Positions 27,011 through 35,215 of a stretch of DNA of 64,000 nucleotides are shown here, piece after piece. Origin of the DNA: Christensenellaceae bacterium (GTDB lineage: Bacteria > Bacillota > Clostridia > Christensenellales > CALMFG01). The position numbers and the translations under genes were made by a program. Location of the stretch: the NCBI GenBank assembly GCA_963666035.2, contig CAXXJI010000008.1, positions 22,715 to 86,714 of the forward strand, written 5' to 3'. The notes under the pieces were generated by a model. That model did not search any database. It was not told the DNA's origin and saw nothing but the letters and a program-made list of their open reading frames with translations. Numbering within the stretch: the stretch's first letter is position 1; each line of letters begins with the position of its first letter.

Positions 27011-27637
27011 TTATCGAACATCACTCTGAAAAGCCACAGCTTTCCCAAGTATTCTCACATTATTCATCTCTTCACCCTGATAAACCAACGGTTTATACGC
27101 CGGATTCTCAGCCACCAAGGTGATGTTGTTTTCGTTGATATAAACACGCTTCAGCGTGGCTTCGTCATCGATGAGCACGGCGGCAATTTCCCCATCGTTC
27201 ACCGTGGGCTGCTGCCGGATAAACACCAGGTCACCGTCTTGGATGCGGGCGTTTATCATACTGTCGCCTTTTACCTGAAGGCAGAAGTCGGCCTGTATTT
27301 CGGCACCGACTTGAACATAGTATTCAAAGTTCTGTTCAGCAAAAGTTGGTGTACCCGCGGCGATAGTGCCGAGCACGGGAATCTTGCGCTTTTCGATTTT
27401 ATAGATATTATCAGGCGCTTTTGCGAGTCCGATTTCTTTTGTATCTATTCTTCCTATAAGGTAGTCGGTAGATACATCAAACAAATCTGCCAATTGTTTC
27501 ATAGTTTCTGGATTAGGGGTGGAATCTCCATTTTCCCATTTTGCATATGCTTGCTGAGACACGAACAATTCTTTTGCAACTTGTGCTTGTGATAACCCAA
27601 GATCGCCCCTACATTCTTTTAAACGTTCTCTTAACAT
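27011..27637 (-). CDS. cI: CI-type repressor: XRE HTH + S24 (LexA-like) autopeptidase
   Basis: HTH LSQAQVAKELFVSQQAYAKWENG. S24 Ser in VKGDSMINARIQDGDLVFI and Lys in ATLKRV. Confidence 0.9.
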   Translation of the reverse strand: MLRERLKECRGDLGLSQAQVAKELFVSQQAYAKWENGDSTPNPETMKQLADLFDVSTDYLIGRIDTKEIGLAKAPDNIYKIEKRKIPVLGTIAAGTPTFAEQNFEYYVQVGAEIQADFCLQVKGDSMINARIQDGDLVFIRQQPTVNDGEIAAVLIDDEATLKRVYINENNITLVAENPAYKPLVYQGEEMNNVRILGKAVAFQSDVR

Positions 27638-27660
27638 ATATTCCCACCTCTTTCAAGACC

Positions 27661-27688
27661 ATTCTACTACAATATGTTGTAAATGCAA
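27661..27688 (-). promoter_or_regulatory. Candidate cI (maintenance) promoter
   Basis: Minus strand reads TTGCAT, 16 nt, TAGAAT, upstream of the AGAGGTGGG RBS. Confidence 0.4.
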
Positions 27689-27698
27689 ACAAAAAGTG

Positions 27699-27750
27699 TT
27701 GACAACAACCAAAAGTAGTAGTATCATGCACGTATAACAACTAAAGGTTG
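27699..27750 (+). promoter_or_regulatory. Candidate early rightward promoter with GTTG/CAAC operator-like palindromes
   Basis: TTGACA (27699), 17 nt, TATCAT (27722). Palindromes GTTGaCAAC overlapping the -35 and ACAACtaaagGTTGT downstream. Confidence 0.5.
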
Positions 27751-27801
27751 TCAAGTGTGCTGATAACTACACATAGTAGTTCAGCAACAGGGAGAAAAGT
27801 C

Positions 27802-28029
27802 TTGAGATCATGGCTAAAGAAATACCGAAAGAAAAATAAGCTATCACAGCAAGAGATGGCAAATAAACTTGAAATATCACAGCAGTACTATGCATTCATT
27901 GAAAATGGAGAAAGACAAGCTGAACTGCGAGCCAACATGCTGGTCAAGCTGGCGCAACTATTCGGCTGTACCGTGGACGAGCTACTAAAGATGGAAGCGA
28001 AAGGGAACGAGCCGGATGATGTGGCTTAG
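27802..28029 (+). CDS. cro: Cro-like XRE-family HTH regulator
   Basis: KLSQQEMANKLEISQQYYAFIENGER. AGGGAGA RBS 6 nt before TTG 27802; ORF track allows 27748. Confidence 0.75.
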   Translation: MRSWLKKYRKKNKLSQQEMANKLEISQQYYAFIENGERQAELRANMLVKLAQLFGCTVDELLKMEAKGNEPDDVA

Positions 28030-28038
28030 GTGCGGAAA
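28026..28038. repeat. 13-bp direct repeat TTAGGTGCGGAAA, left copy (right copy at 28707..28719)
   Basis: Exact repeat bracketing an AT-rich ~670-bp cassette. The left copy contains the cro stop codon and the right copy precedes the RBS of the next gene. Confidence 0.7.
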
Positions 28039-28106
28039 ATATTTTTTCAGCTAGGATGAATTCTTTGAAAGTATAAAACTAATTCAAATTCAGGAGGGGA
28101 AAAGCT

Positions 28107-28205
28107 ATGTCAAGCTGGATGAAAGAAATATTAGAAATGTTGGTAAGCATTATTGTAAGTATAGCAACATCATTATTGATTTTGAAAATGTTGGGGCTCA
28201 TTTAA
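28107..28205 (+). CDS. 32-aa hydrophobic peptide (type I toxin-like or small membrane protein)
   Basis: AGGAGGGG RBS 6 nt before the ATG. Sequence MSSWMKEILEMLVSIIVSIATSLLILKMLGLI. Its 3' end overlaps the convergent gene. Confidence 0.4.
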   Translation: MSSWMKEILEMLVSIIVSIATSLLILKMLGLI

Positions 28206-28545
28206 AAACACCAGATATAAAGAGCGTGATAAAAGTTGTAAGTATAGCAACTATTATCGGGACAATAACGCTCTTCATCAGGAAGGCTCTGAACTCTAGC
28301 CACATAAATGCTTTGTAATTGCAGCCTTTGTGAGTAATATGGAAGTCTGCGCCACCACCGCGAAACTCGGAAATGTCATCAACATATCCGTGTTCTTCTA
28401 AATAGTGAAGTATGTTGCTGGTATTTCCACATGGCATAACTTTTGAATGATAAATGAATTCATTTTTATTAATAGAGCAGTAATTATCTTCGTTTCTCTT
28501 ATTAATAGAAAAGTTGAGTAATTTTCTAGTCTTTGAATCAAGCAT
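28198..28545 (-). CDS. 115-aa protein with a C-terminal TM anchor, unknown function
   Basis: GAGGTG RBS 6 nt before ATG 28545. TATAAT box upstream on the minus strand. C-terminal SVIVPIIVAILTTFITLFISGVF. The ORF-track N-terminal extension is unsupported. Confidence 0.55.
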   Translation of the reverse strand: MLDSKTRKLLNFSINKRNEDNYCSINKNEFIYHSKVMPCGNTSNILHYLEEHGYVDDISEFRGGGADFHITHKGCNYKAFMWLEFRAFLMKSVIVPIIVAILTTFITLFISGVFK

Positions 28546-28706
28546 AACGTTCACCTCAGTATTATTACCACAATTATACAGGGGTGAAACTGCAAAAACA
28601 ATAAAAAAGCTAAACACCTTATAGGGGAGAATATAGTGTATTGTCCTGCGGGTCTTGCGTATAGGGGCGTATGGCCTGCAGGGGGATATACCACAACAAA
28701 AACACA

Positions 28707-28719
28707 TTAGGTGCGGAAA
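28707..28719. repeat. 13-bp direct repeat TTAGGTGCGGAAA, right copy
   Basis: Identical to 28026..28038. Confidence 0.7.
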
Positions 28720-28728
28720 GGGAAGGGC

Positions 28729-28977
28729 ATGGGAACACCGCAATCAATCGAACAACTGGATAATAAATTGATGGCGCTGTTGGATGCCGATGATCTTCCG
28801 TACTTAAAGATAGAGGATGTGGCCAAGTTCCTCGGCATCGATAAGATGGTACTCCGGCGCATGATGTATGCCGGCACTTGCCCGTTTGGGTTTGGTATGG
28901 CGGGGGATAAATACGGTAATGGATTTAGCAAGATATCCAAGCTTGCATTTTATAATTGGATCACAAAACGATATTAA
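28729..28977 (+). CDS. Excisionase-family / HTH_17-like DNA-binding protein
   Basis: YLKIEDVAKFLGIDKMVLRRMMYAGTCPFGF resembles MerR-type excisionase HTH. Position is right after cro. Confidence 0.45.
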   Translation: MGTPQSIEQLDNKLMALLDADDLPYLKIEDVAKFLGIDKMVLRRMMYAGTCPFGFGMAGDKYGNGFSKISKLAFYNWITKRY

Positions 28978-28993
28978 AACGGGAGGTTAAAAC

Positions 28994-29299
28994 ATGTTTG
29001 ATTATCCGGCATTCCTTAGAGAATGGAACGAAAAAGCAAACCTCGAACGATTAACCTATCTGACAATACAGCAGAGAATGACCTTAGAGATGTTGACTGA
29101 TAAGTTTGGGGAAGAAAGTCTGCATACGGTGATCAGCAATTTGGCTGAATCTAACTTTCTGCAGGGCAAGAACAAACTTTCACACGGCTGGAAAGCGCAC
29201 ATCAATTGGGTGATTCATCCGGTGAACTTCGAGAAGGTGCTGAATGGAGTTTATAACCAAAGTCAAATCACCAACAAGGGTTGTTTCAAACAAATATAA
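28994..29299 (+). CDS. Phage early protein, unknown
   Basis: 101-aa ORF with GGGAGG RBS. No motif assigned. Confidence 0.55.
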   Translation: MFDYPAFLREWNEKANLERLTYLTIQQRMTLEMLTDKFGEESLHTVISNLAESNFLQGKNKLSHGWKAHINWVIHPVNFEKVLNGVYNQSQITNKGCFKQI

Positions 29300-29456
29300 A
29301 ATCGGGACGGGCGGGTGGTTCCCGTCCCATTAAAGGGGGTAGACATGCTGGTTAATATCATCGGTGACAGGCTGACCATAGGACAGTGCCGCATGCTATA
29401 TCGTATCGGATTCATTATTCAAATCAATGAAGGAAAGGTAAAGGTATTAAGGGAAG

Positions 29457-29705
29457 ATGAAATACATCATCGGGAAAATCAAAGACGAACTGCTGGCCGA
29501 TATCGGCAAGATAGCCAACACGGTGAGTGAACTCGGCAAAGCAAAAACTGACGAGGATTTAGCCGAGATCATGAGTTGTGGCAGTTATGGATGTCCATCA
29601 TATTACGGACTACTGGATACCGGATGTAAGAACCATACTAAAGCCATGTGCAAGCGCTGTTGGCTTCGCGCCTTGAAAGAACTGCACAAGACGGAAAAAG
29701 CGTAA
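29457..29705 (+). CDS. Phage early protein with a Cys-rich C-terminus, unknown
   Basis: 82 aa. Cysteines in SCGSYGCPSYY...GCKNH...CKRCW suggest zinc binding. Confidence 0.5.
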   Translation: MKYIIGKIKDELLADIGKIANTVSELGKAKTDEDLAEIMSCGSYGCPSYYGLLDTGCKNHTKAMCKRCWLRALKELHKTEKA

Positions 29706-29740
29706 ACGAAAATTTAGGGGGAGAAAGTAAAGGGAGCACA

Positions 29741-30460
29741 TTGAAAAACGAGAATTTCTGCAAGCTGATCCACGGCGATTGCCTGAAAGTGATGGACGAT
29801 TTAATTGACAAGGGCATTCAGGTGGACGCGATCATCACCGACCCGCCGTACCTCATCAACTACAAAAGCGGCTTTCGCAAGGATAAGGATCATGACTTTT
29901 GCACGCCGATCGCCGGCGACGATGATGAGAATCTCATCAAAGCCTATATCCAAAAGTGCTTTGACCTCATGAAAGACAACACGGCCATGTATATGTTTTG
30001 TTCTTCAACCCGGGTGGATATTTTCAAACGGGAACTGGAGAAATACTTCAAGGTTAAGAACATGATCATCTGGAAGAAAAACAACCATACGGTGGGCGAT
30101 CTGAAAGCCGCTTTCGGCCGATGTTATGAAGTGTTGTTTTTGGCCAACAAGGGCCGCAAGTTTTTTAACGGCCATCGATTGACCGACATTTGGGAGTTTA
30201 AAAGAGTATCACCCAAGTACCAGATCCATCAGAACCAAAAGCCGATTGAACTGATTGAACTGGCTATCGAGAAACACACCGATGAGGGAGATCTCATTTT
30301 TGACGGGTTTATGGGTAGCGGCACCACCGGGGTGGCCGCCCGGAAGCTAAACCGTAAGTTTATCGGGGTAGAAATTGAAAAGATGTATTTTGATATGGCC
30401 ATTCACCGGGTACACGAGGAAGCCGACTCGGAGATGCCCGTTATATTGGAAACCGACTAA
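29741..30460 (+). CDS. Orphan DNA methyltransferase (N6-adenine/N4-cytosine, beta class)
   Basis: Motif IV IITDPPY precedes motif I FDGFMGSGTTGVAA. AAAGGGAG RBS before TTG 29741. No adjacent endonuclease. Confidence 0.8.
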   Translation: MKNENFCKLIHGDCLKVMDDLIDKGIQVDAIITDPPYLINYKSGFRKDKDHDFCTPIAGDDDENLIKAYIQKCFDLMKDNTAMYMFCSSTRVDIFKRELEKYFKVKNMIIWKKNNHTVGDLKAAFGRCYEVLFLANKGRKFFNGHRLTDIWEFKRVSPKYQIHQNQKPIELIELAIEKHTDEGDLIFDGFMGSGTTGVAARKLNRKFIGVEIEKMYFDMAIHRVHEEADSEMPVILETD

Positions 30461-30577
30461 ACATCGGCTTAAAGCAGCAACAGAAACTTAAAAACCAACC
30501 GCATCAAAAATCATCCTCCATAAAATAAATTACGGATAGTGGTTTGTTGGTTCCACTTCCCAATTATGAGGAATAAC

Positions 30578-30850
30578 ATGACAGATTATTCAAATCGCAG
30601 ATTACTAAGCGAACTCAACCGTATCGCGGCCGTATCCAAAGCCGAATATGAAGATGCGCAAGCACGCCTTGAGTATTACCGTTCGATACCGGATGACAGC
30701 CCGATGCAGAAAGCGTTCAACGTGCTGGCTGGGATGATTGAGAAGCGAGAAAAGCGAAGTTATCTTCCGGATGCGTATTGGGAACTGCTGGCCGAAGCCA
30801 AACGCCGCGGGCTGGTCAAGAGAAAGGAAAGCGATGAAACAGACAGATGA
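30578..30850 (+). CDS. Phage early protein, unknown
   Basis: GAGGA RBS before ATG 30578; 90 aa. Confidence 0.5.
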   Translation: MTDYSNRRLLSELNRIAAVSKAEYEDAQARLEYYRSIPDDSPMQKAFNVLAGMIEKREKRSYLPDAYWELLAEAKRRGLVKRKESDETDR

Positions 30851-31058
30851 ATGGGATGCACTCGCGGCATTCGGCAGAACGACAAAGCAAATCAGTCAAT
30901 CGATGCGTGACTTTGCGATGTTCATCCTCATTGTCACCACCTTCGGGCTGAACCCGCGGTGGAAGCACCTGTGGCGCAACAGTAAAAGATTGCGGATCCG
31001 CAAGAAGTATCAAAACCTACTATATAAAGAAGCATGTAACGTTTGCCGGCAAAAATAA
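30834..31058 (+). CDS. Small phage protein with one TM, unknown
   Basis: AAAGGAAAG RBS. Hydrophobic FAMFILIVTTFGL and a basic C-terminus. Confidence 0.45.
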   Translation: MKQTDEWDALAAFGRTTKQISQSMRDFAMFILIVTTFGLNPRWKHLWRNSKRLRIRKKYQNLLYKEACNVCRQK

Positions 31059-31238
31059 ACTCCTTTGCGCACACAGGTGCGGCCCGCCGGCGGCCGCGCC
31101 ATATTTTTTAGCATTAAAGCGATTCGCTTTTCTTCTATATATATAACTGGATAGGATTGGGGCATACTCTAGCCCTAACCGTCCTCGTGATGAGTATTAG
31201 ATTTACGACCATAACAGGTAAACAAGAGGTTGTTTGAA

Positions 31239-32084
31239 ATGGCGCACAATCAAGATGATATTTTTGATCTATTTGATATTAAAGCATTCGATACCCGGGA
31301 AGCCGAGATACAATCCATTAAGGGCAAAGATATCATGCAATATAAGACCAAGACGATTGTCTCAGGCCCCATGCTCGAGAGTGAAATCTATCCGGTATGG
31401 CGAATCCCCTTGGGAGGAAGAGGGAAGTCCTGTAATCCGTCACGTGAAGCCCAGCGGAACCTCAACAACAAGAACGCGGTGAAGCGCGTCATCCGACTGA
31501 TCAACACCAACTTTGATGCCAGGCATATCTGGGCAACGCTGACTTATCATCCAGACCACCTGCCCGAAACGCCCGAGCAAGCCAAACGCGACATGCAGAA
31601 TTATATTCGCCGGATTAAAAGGCAGATGGAGAAAGCCGGACTGGGTGAATTGAAATATATTTATGTGACTGAATATGCGGAAGCTGGACCCGGAGTACCC
31701 AAGAAACGGGTACATCACCATATCGTCATGAACTTGACCGACCGGGATATCGCCGAGAGAATGTGGAACGGCGGCGGCCGTACGCAAGCCCGGCGATTAC
31801 AGCCGGATGATTACGGCCTTGAAGGTATGGCGCGGTACATCACCAAGGATCCAAAAGGGTTTAAACGATATAGCTGTAGTCGGAACTTGAAACAGCCCAT
31901 CGTGTATGAATCCATGCACCGATTCACCAAGCGCAAAGCCGAGAAGCTGGCCAGTGATTTGGACGGCGCCAAGGCGATGTTCGAGAAGATGTACCCGAAG
32001 TATGTGTTCAAAGACCTTGAAATCCGTTACAGCCAGTTTGTTTCGGGCGTGTATATCTACGCTAAGATGCGGCGATTGAATTAA
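31239..32084 (+). CDS. rep: HUH-superfamily rolling-circle replication initiator (Rep)
   Basis: All three RCR motifs in order: I WATLTY, II VHHHIVMN, III ARYITKD. AGAGG RBS 9 nt before ATG 31239. Confidence 0.7.
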   Translation: MAHNQDDIFDLFDIKAFDTREAEIQSIKGKDIMQYKTKTIVSGPMLESEIYPVWRIPLGGRGKSCNPSREAQRNLNNKNAVKRVIRLINTNFDARHIWATLTYHPDHLPETPEQAKRDMQNYIRRIKRQMEKAGLGELKYIYVTEYAEAGPGVPKKRVHHHIVMNLTDRDIAERMWNGGGRTQARRLQPDDYGLEGMARYITKDPKGFKRYSCSRNLKQPIVYESMHRFTKRKAEKLASDLDGAKAMFEKMYPKYVFKDLEIRYSQFVSGVYIYAKMRRLN

Positions 32085-32099
32085 ACAAAGGGGGAAACC

Positions 32100-32492
32100 A
32101 TGACACTGGAACGCTTAAAGAACTACCGTCAGCTGGTATTCAGCATTTGCCGAATGGAAGAACAGCTGGCCGAAATCGACACCAAGCTGACCCGTACCAC
32201 AACGACCTTAACCGGGATGCCCAAGTGCAAAACACCGAAAGATATCACCAATGAGCTCTTAGCCCAGCGGGTGGATTTGCATGACTTAATCAACAAGAAG
32301 CTGGTGAGCGCATCAGTTGAAGTGGCACAGATTAGCCAGGCGATACTGGAACTGCCCGAGCCTGCCCGGAGTATTTTTCGCATGCGGTATCTCGACGGAC
32401 AGCAATGGGCGATTATTGCGGTTGCGCTTAACTATGGACGGTCTCAAGTGTTCAAAATTCACTATGACACTGTCAGCGAGATGGGCTGGTAA
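32100..32492 (+). CDS. Phage late-gene regulator, sigma-70 region-4-like (DUF1492/ArpU-like)
   Basis: FRMRYLDGQQWAIIAVALNYGRSQVFKIHYDTV resembles a region 4 HTH. Positioned before the packaging genes. Confidence 0.55.
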   Translation: MTLERLKNYRQLVFSICRMEEQLAEIDTKLTRTTTTLTGMPKCKTPKDITNELLAQRVDLHDLINKKLVSASVEVAQISQAILELPEPARSIFRMRYLDGQQWAIIAVALNYGRSQVFKIHYDTVSEMGW

Positions 32493-32540
32493 AGAGCGGA
32501 CACCATCGGACTATGTTCTGTGGTATGATGGCACTGTAGA

Positions 32541-32567
32541 AGGTGACGGAAATACCGCCGCCTTTTT
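32541..32567 (+). terminator. Hairpin terminator, upstream copy of a duplicated pair
   Basis: AGGTGACGGaaataCCGCCGCCTTTTT, near-identical to 33825..33850. Confidence 0.6.
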
Positions 32568-32608
32568 GCTTAATAGCAAGATAATGAGTAGTTATGAAAT
32601 AACAAATA

Positions 32609-32637
32609 TTTACTTTAAGCAAAGCATTCGGTATAAT
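32609..32637 (+). promoter_or_regulatory. Candidate sigma-A promoter of moron 32655..33800
   Basis: TTTACT, 17 nt, TATAAT, then a GAGGTG RBS. Confidence 0.5.
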
Positions 32638-32654
32638 TTTGATTGAGGTGAATT

Positions 32655-33800
32655 ATGAAAAAATTATATCGAGTTTTAGTAATAGCTATATTGTCATTTG
32701 TCGTTTTATTTTCAGGTATTGTAGTTTTTGCTGAGGAGAATCCTACTGCCGAAGAGTTACAAGGGGTTAAAGATAAACAATCGGAGATCGAGCAGAAAAT
32801 TGAAGACATTCTTAACTGGCAAGAACAAAATAATATTGACATGATTGTGGAAAGCTACGAAGCCGCGAAAACTGCATATGACGAAATCTCTTTAAAACTT
32901 GATAGAAGAACAACTTGGTTAGCAATTCTAGTAACTATTTGGACAATACTCGGAGTAGCTCTACCGATTTATGATAGGTTATCATTTTCGAAGACTAATG
33001 AGAAGCTCAAGGCCACCTCGAATAAGTTGAAGAAACTGGAAGATAGTGAAAAAGAAATGAATAAACGCTTTGTCATATCATCTCAAGAACAATACATTCA
33101 AGAATTGAAATTAAGACGAGAGATATCAAGAAGCAAAAACTCTAAGATGAACACGCAGGCCATTCAGGACTGGGATTCTATGATTATTAATAGCATAAGA
33201 ACATTGTTATTAGTTGACTCATTGACAAGAGAACAGCGTATTTCTTGGCATAGAAATTTAGCAAAAGAGTATGCTAATATAGGCAAATTCAATGAGTTTT
33301 CGGAAAACATGGAATGTGCTTACGCAATTGCGGAAAGTAATAACGATAAGTACATGATTGTTTTTGAAAAGGCGGAGGAATTATTCTCTTGCTGTATTTT
33401 TGATTCTCATGCAACGAACAGCGAAGTGAAACAAGCGGTTAATGAGTTCAAACGAGCACAGGCGCTGAGCGATGAGGGAAGCGAGAAATTTTTTTTCGAG
33501 ATATGTTGGTGTTATTCAATTCTCTTTAAAGAAGACGATTACATTGTGAACAAAATCATTGATTTTGAGGATTACTTATACTATGTTGAACAGGAATTTG
33601 ACGATTTAAAAACGCAAGAAAATCCTAAACAAGAAATAGCCAATGCAGTCAACGAAGTCGGGAAGTTGTTTTATTCGAAATTTGGGATTCTAGAAGATGA
33701 CTTGTTTAGTGTAGAGAGACTTAACGAACTGTACGATAGGGTAGGAGTTGAAGAGTTTATCAAAGAAAATATCTCTCAGCTTAAAAGGCTAATCAAGTAA
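32655..33800 (+). CDS. AT-rich moron: 381-aa two-TM protein with a coiled coil and helical C-terminal domain, unknown
   Basis: Signal/TM VLVIAILSFVVLFSGIVVFA and a second TM WLAILVTIWTILGVALPIY. Has its own promoter and terminator. Confidence 0.7.
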   Translation: MKKLYRVLVIAILSFVVLFSGIVVFAEENPTAEELQGVKDKQSEIEQKIEDILNWQEQNNIDMIVESYEAAKTAYDEISLKLDRRTTWLAILVTIWTILGVALPIYDRLSFSKTNEKLKATSNKLKKLEDSEKEMNKRFVISSQEQYIQELKLRREISRSKNSKMNTQAIQDWDSMIINSIRTLLLVDSLTREQRISWHRNLAKEYANIGKFNEFSENMECAYAIAESNNDKYMIVFEKAEELFSCCIFDSHATNSEVKQAVNEFKRAQALSDEGSEKFFFEICWCYSILFKEDDYIVNKIIDFEDYLYYVEQEFDDLKTQENPKQEIANAVNEVGKLFYSKFGILEDDLFSVERLNELYDRVGVEEFIKENISQLKRLIK

Positions 33801-33824
33801 GGAGTAAAATAATAAATACAATTG

Positions 33825-33850
33825 AGGTGACGGATAACCGCCGCCTTTTT
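33825..33850 (+). terminator. Hairpin terminator, downstream copy of the duplicated pair
   Basis: AGGTGACGGataaCCGCCGCCTTTTT. Confidence 0.6.
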
Positions 33851-33882
33851 TATTTATCTATCACGCGGTAAGGAGTGCGCCT

Positions 33883-34254
33883 ATGCTTAAAGGCCCCAAG
33901 CGCCCATGCGCACATATTGGGTGCAATCGCCTGGTCACCGCGCCGGAACGCTATTGCCCGGAGCATAGGGAACAACACAGCCCGGACGCGAACCGCCCGA
34001 ACAGCTACCGCCGAGGTTACACCAAAGCATGGCAGCGGTACCGCGTCCAATTCCTCGCCGAGCACCCTGTGTGTGTGGTGTGCCTAAGGCAAGGACAATT
34101 GCGTGAAGCCACGGTGGTGGACCATATCATCCCGCACAAAGGGAACATGAAACTGTTCTGGGACAAGACTAACCACCAAGCGCTGTGTAAGCGTTGTCAT
34201 GATAGCAAAACCGCCAAGCAAGACGGTGGCTTTGGTAAACCCGCCCAAAAGTGA
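33883..34254 (+). CDS. Phage HNH endonuclease (packaging-associated)
   Basis: CVVCLRQG...VDHIIPHKGN...ALCKRCHDSKT. AAGGAG RBS. Confidence 0.85.
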   Translation: MLKGPKRPCAHIGCNRLVTAPERYCPEHREQHSPDANRPNSYRRGYTKAWQRYRVQFLAEHPVCVVCLRQGQLREATVVDHIIPHKGNMKLFWDKTNHQALCKRCHDSKTAKQDGGFGKPAQK

Positions 34255-34260
34255 TATAAT
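34232..34260 (+). promoter_or_regulatory. Candidate promoter with extended -10 for 34283..34495
   Basis: TTGGTA, 17 nt, TGaTATAAT, lying inside the HNH 3' end. Confidence 0.5.
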
Positions 34261-34282
34261 ACCACTATGGGGAGGTGATATC

Positions 34283-34495
34283 ATGGATACCAATCGAGAA
34301 ATAGAGATATTATCGTTCTTAGCGTATGGCGATCATTATGGGGGACCCACACTGAAGGACATGGATTTCACGAAAGAAGAACTGAATGAGTTGGAAAATG
34401 AAGAGTATATTACCTGCATCAATCTTGTCCCATTAAAATATAAAATAACTATTAAAGGTTCCAAGCATTTAAAGAAAATAGCTAAGAAGAGATAG
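34283..34495 (+). CDS. AT-rich mini-moron: 70-aa protein, unknown
   Basis: GGGGAGGTG RBS; followed by a strong terminator. Confidence 0.55.
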   Translation: MDTNREIEILSFLAYGDHYGGPTLKDMDFTKEELNELENEEYITCINLVPLKYKITIKGSKHLKKIAKKR

Positions 34496-34524
34496 ATAAT
34501 CAGCTGCAATTTAATTTAAAAGCA

Positions 34525-34557
34525 CAAAAAACGCATTGATTTGATGCGTTTTTTTCA
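34525..34557 (+). terminator. Rho-independent terminator
   Basis: AAAAAACGCATtgatttgATGCGTTTTTTT. Confidence 0.7.
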
Positions 34558-34681
34558 TGCATTTTTATCGACAGAGGGGGTAGGGGGTGCAAAAAAGTAT
34601 AAAGTAAGCGGTGCCGGAAACCGTCCGCCCTTAGTTTGTGAAAAAAATTCCCTAAATCGAGGTCGAAAGGAGTGATTTTAG

Positions 34682-35215
34682 ATGGGGAGACCGTCGGACA
34701 GCACCAAAGTGATTGAAATGAAAGGACGATCTCACCGGACCAAAGCGGAACTTGAGCAAAGAAAACAGCACGAGGAAGCGTCGCTCTCAAAAATCAAGCT
34801 GAAGGAAAAACCCGAGGTCAAAGCCAACGAACGAGCGCACGCCGAGTTCCTTCGGTTGAAGCGCCTGCTCACTGCCATTGAGAAATGCGACGGCCTGTAC
34901 GAAAACGCGATTAACCGTTATTGTCTGCTGTTCGCCGAGTGCTTTGAGTTTGAGGAAAAGTGTGAGCAGTTTTATGACGGCGTAATCGGCCTCGAGGAAT
35001 CCTGGGCGAATGGCGAAATCAAGGATGTTGAGTATTACGGGCTTCGCACCAAGATGCAAAGCCAGATCATCGCGCTGGATAAGCAGGTGATGGCCAAGCG
35101 CAATATGATGCTGGCCATCGAGAAAGAACACTTGATGACCATCGCCGCGGCGCTTCGCTCGGTACCCAAAAAGCAGGAGAAGAAAAAGGACAAAAATGAT
35201 GACCTTTTCTCATAA
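34682..35215 (+). CDS. terS: Terminase small subunit (P27-like)
   Basis: MGRPSDSTKVIEMKG..HRTK N-terminus typical of the P27 family. Located between HNH and TerL. Confidence 0.6.
   Translation: MGRPSDSTKVIEMKGRSHRTKAELEQRKQHEEASLSKIKLKEKPEVKANERAHAEFLRLKRLLTAIEKCDGLYENAINRYCLLFAECFEFEEKCEQFYDGVIGLEESWANGEIKDVEYYGLRTKMQSQIIALDKQVMAKRNMMLAIEKEHLMTIAAALRSVPKKQEKKKDKNDDLFS

Noticed and set aside
29315-29530. ORF 29315..29530 (possible 61-aa protein from ATG 29345)
   Set aside because: It overlaps the better-supported 29457..29705 ORF by 74 nt and ends in an Arg/Gln-rich tail that looks out of frame. It may be real but shorter, and the evidence is insufficient.
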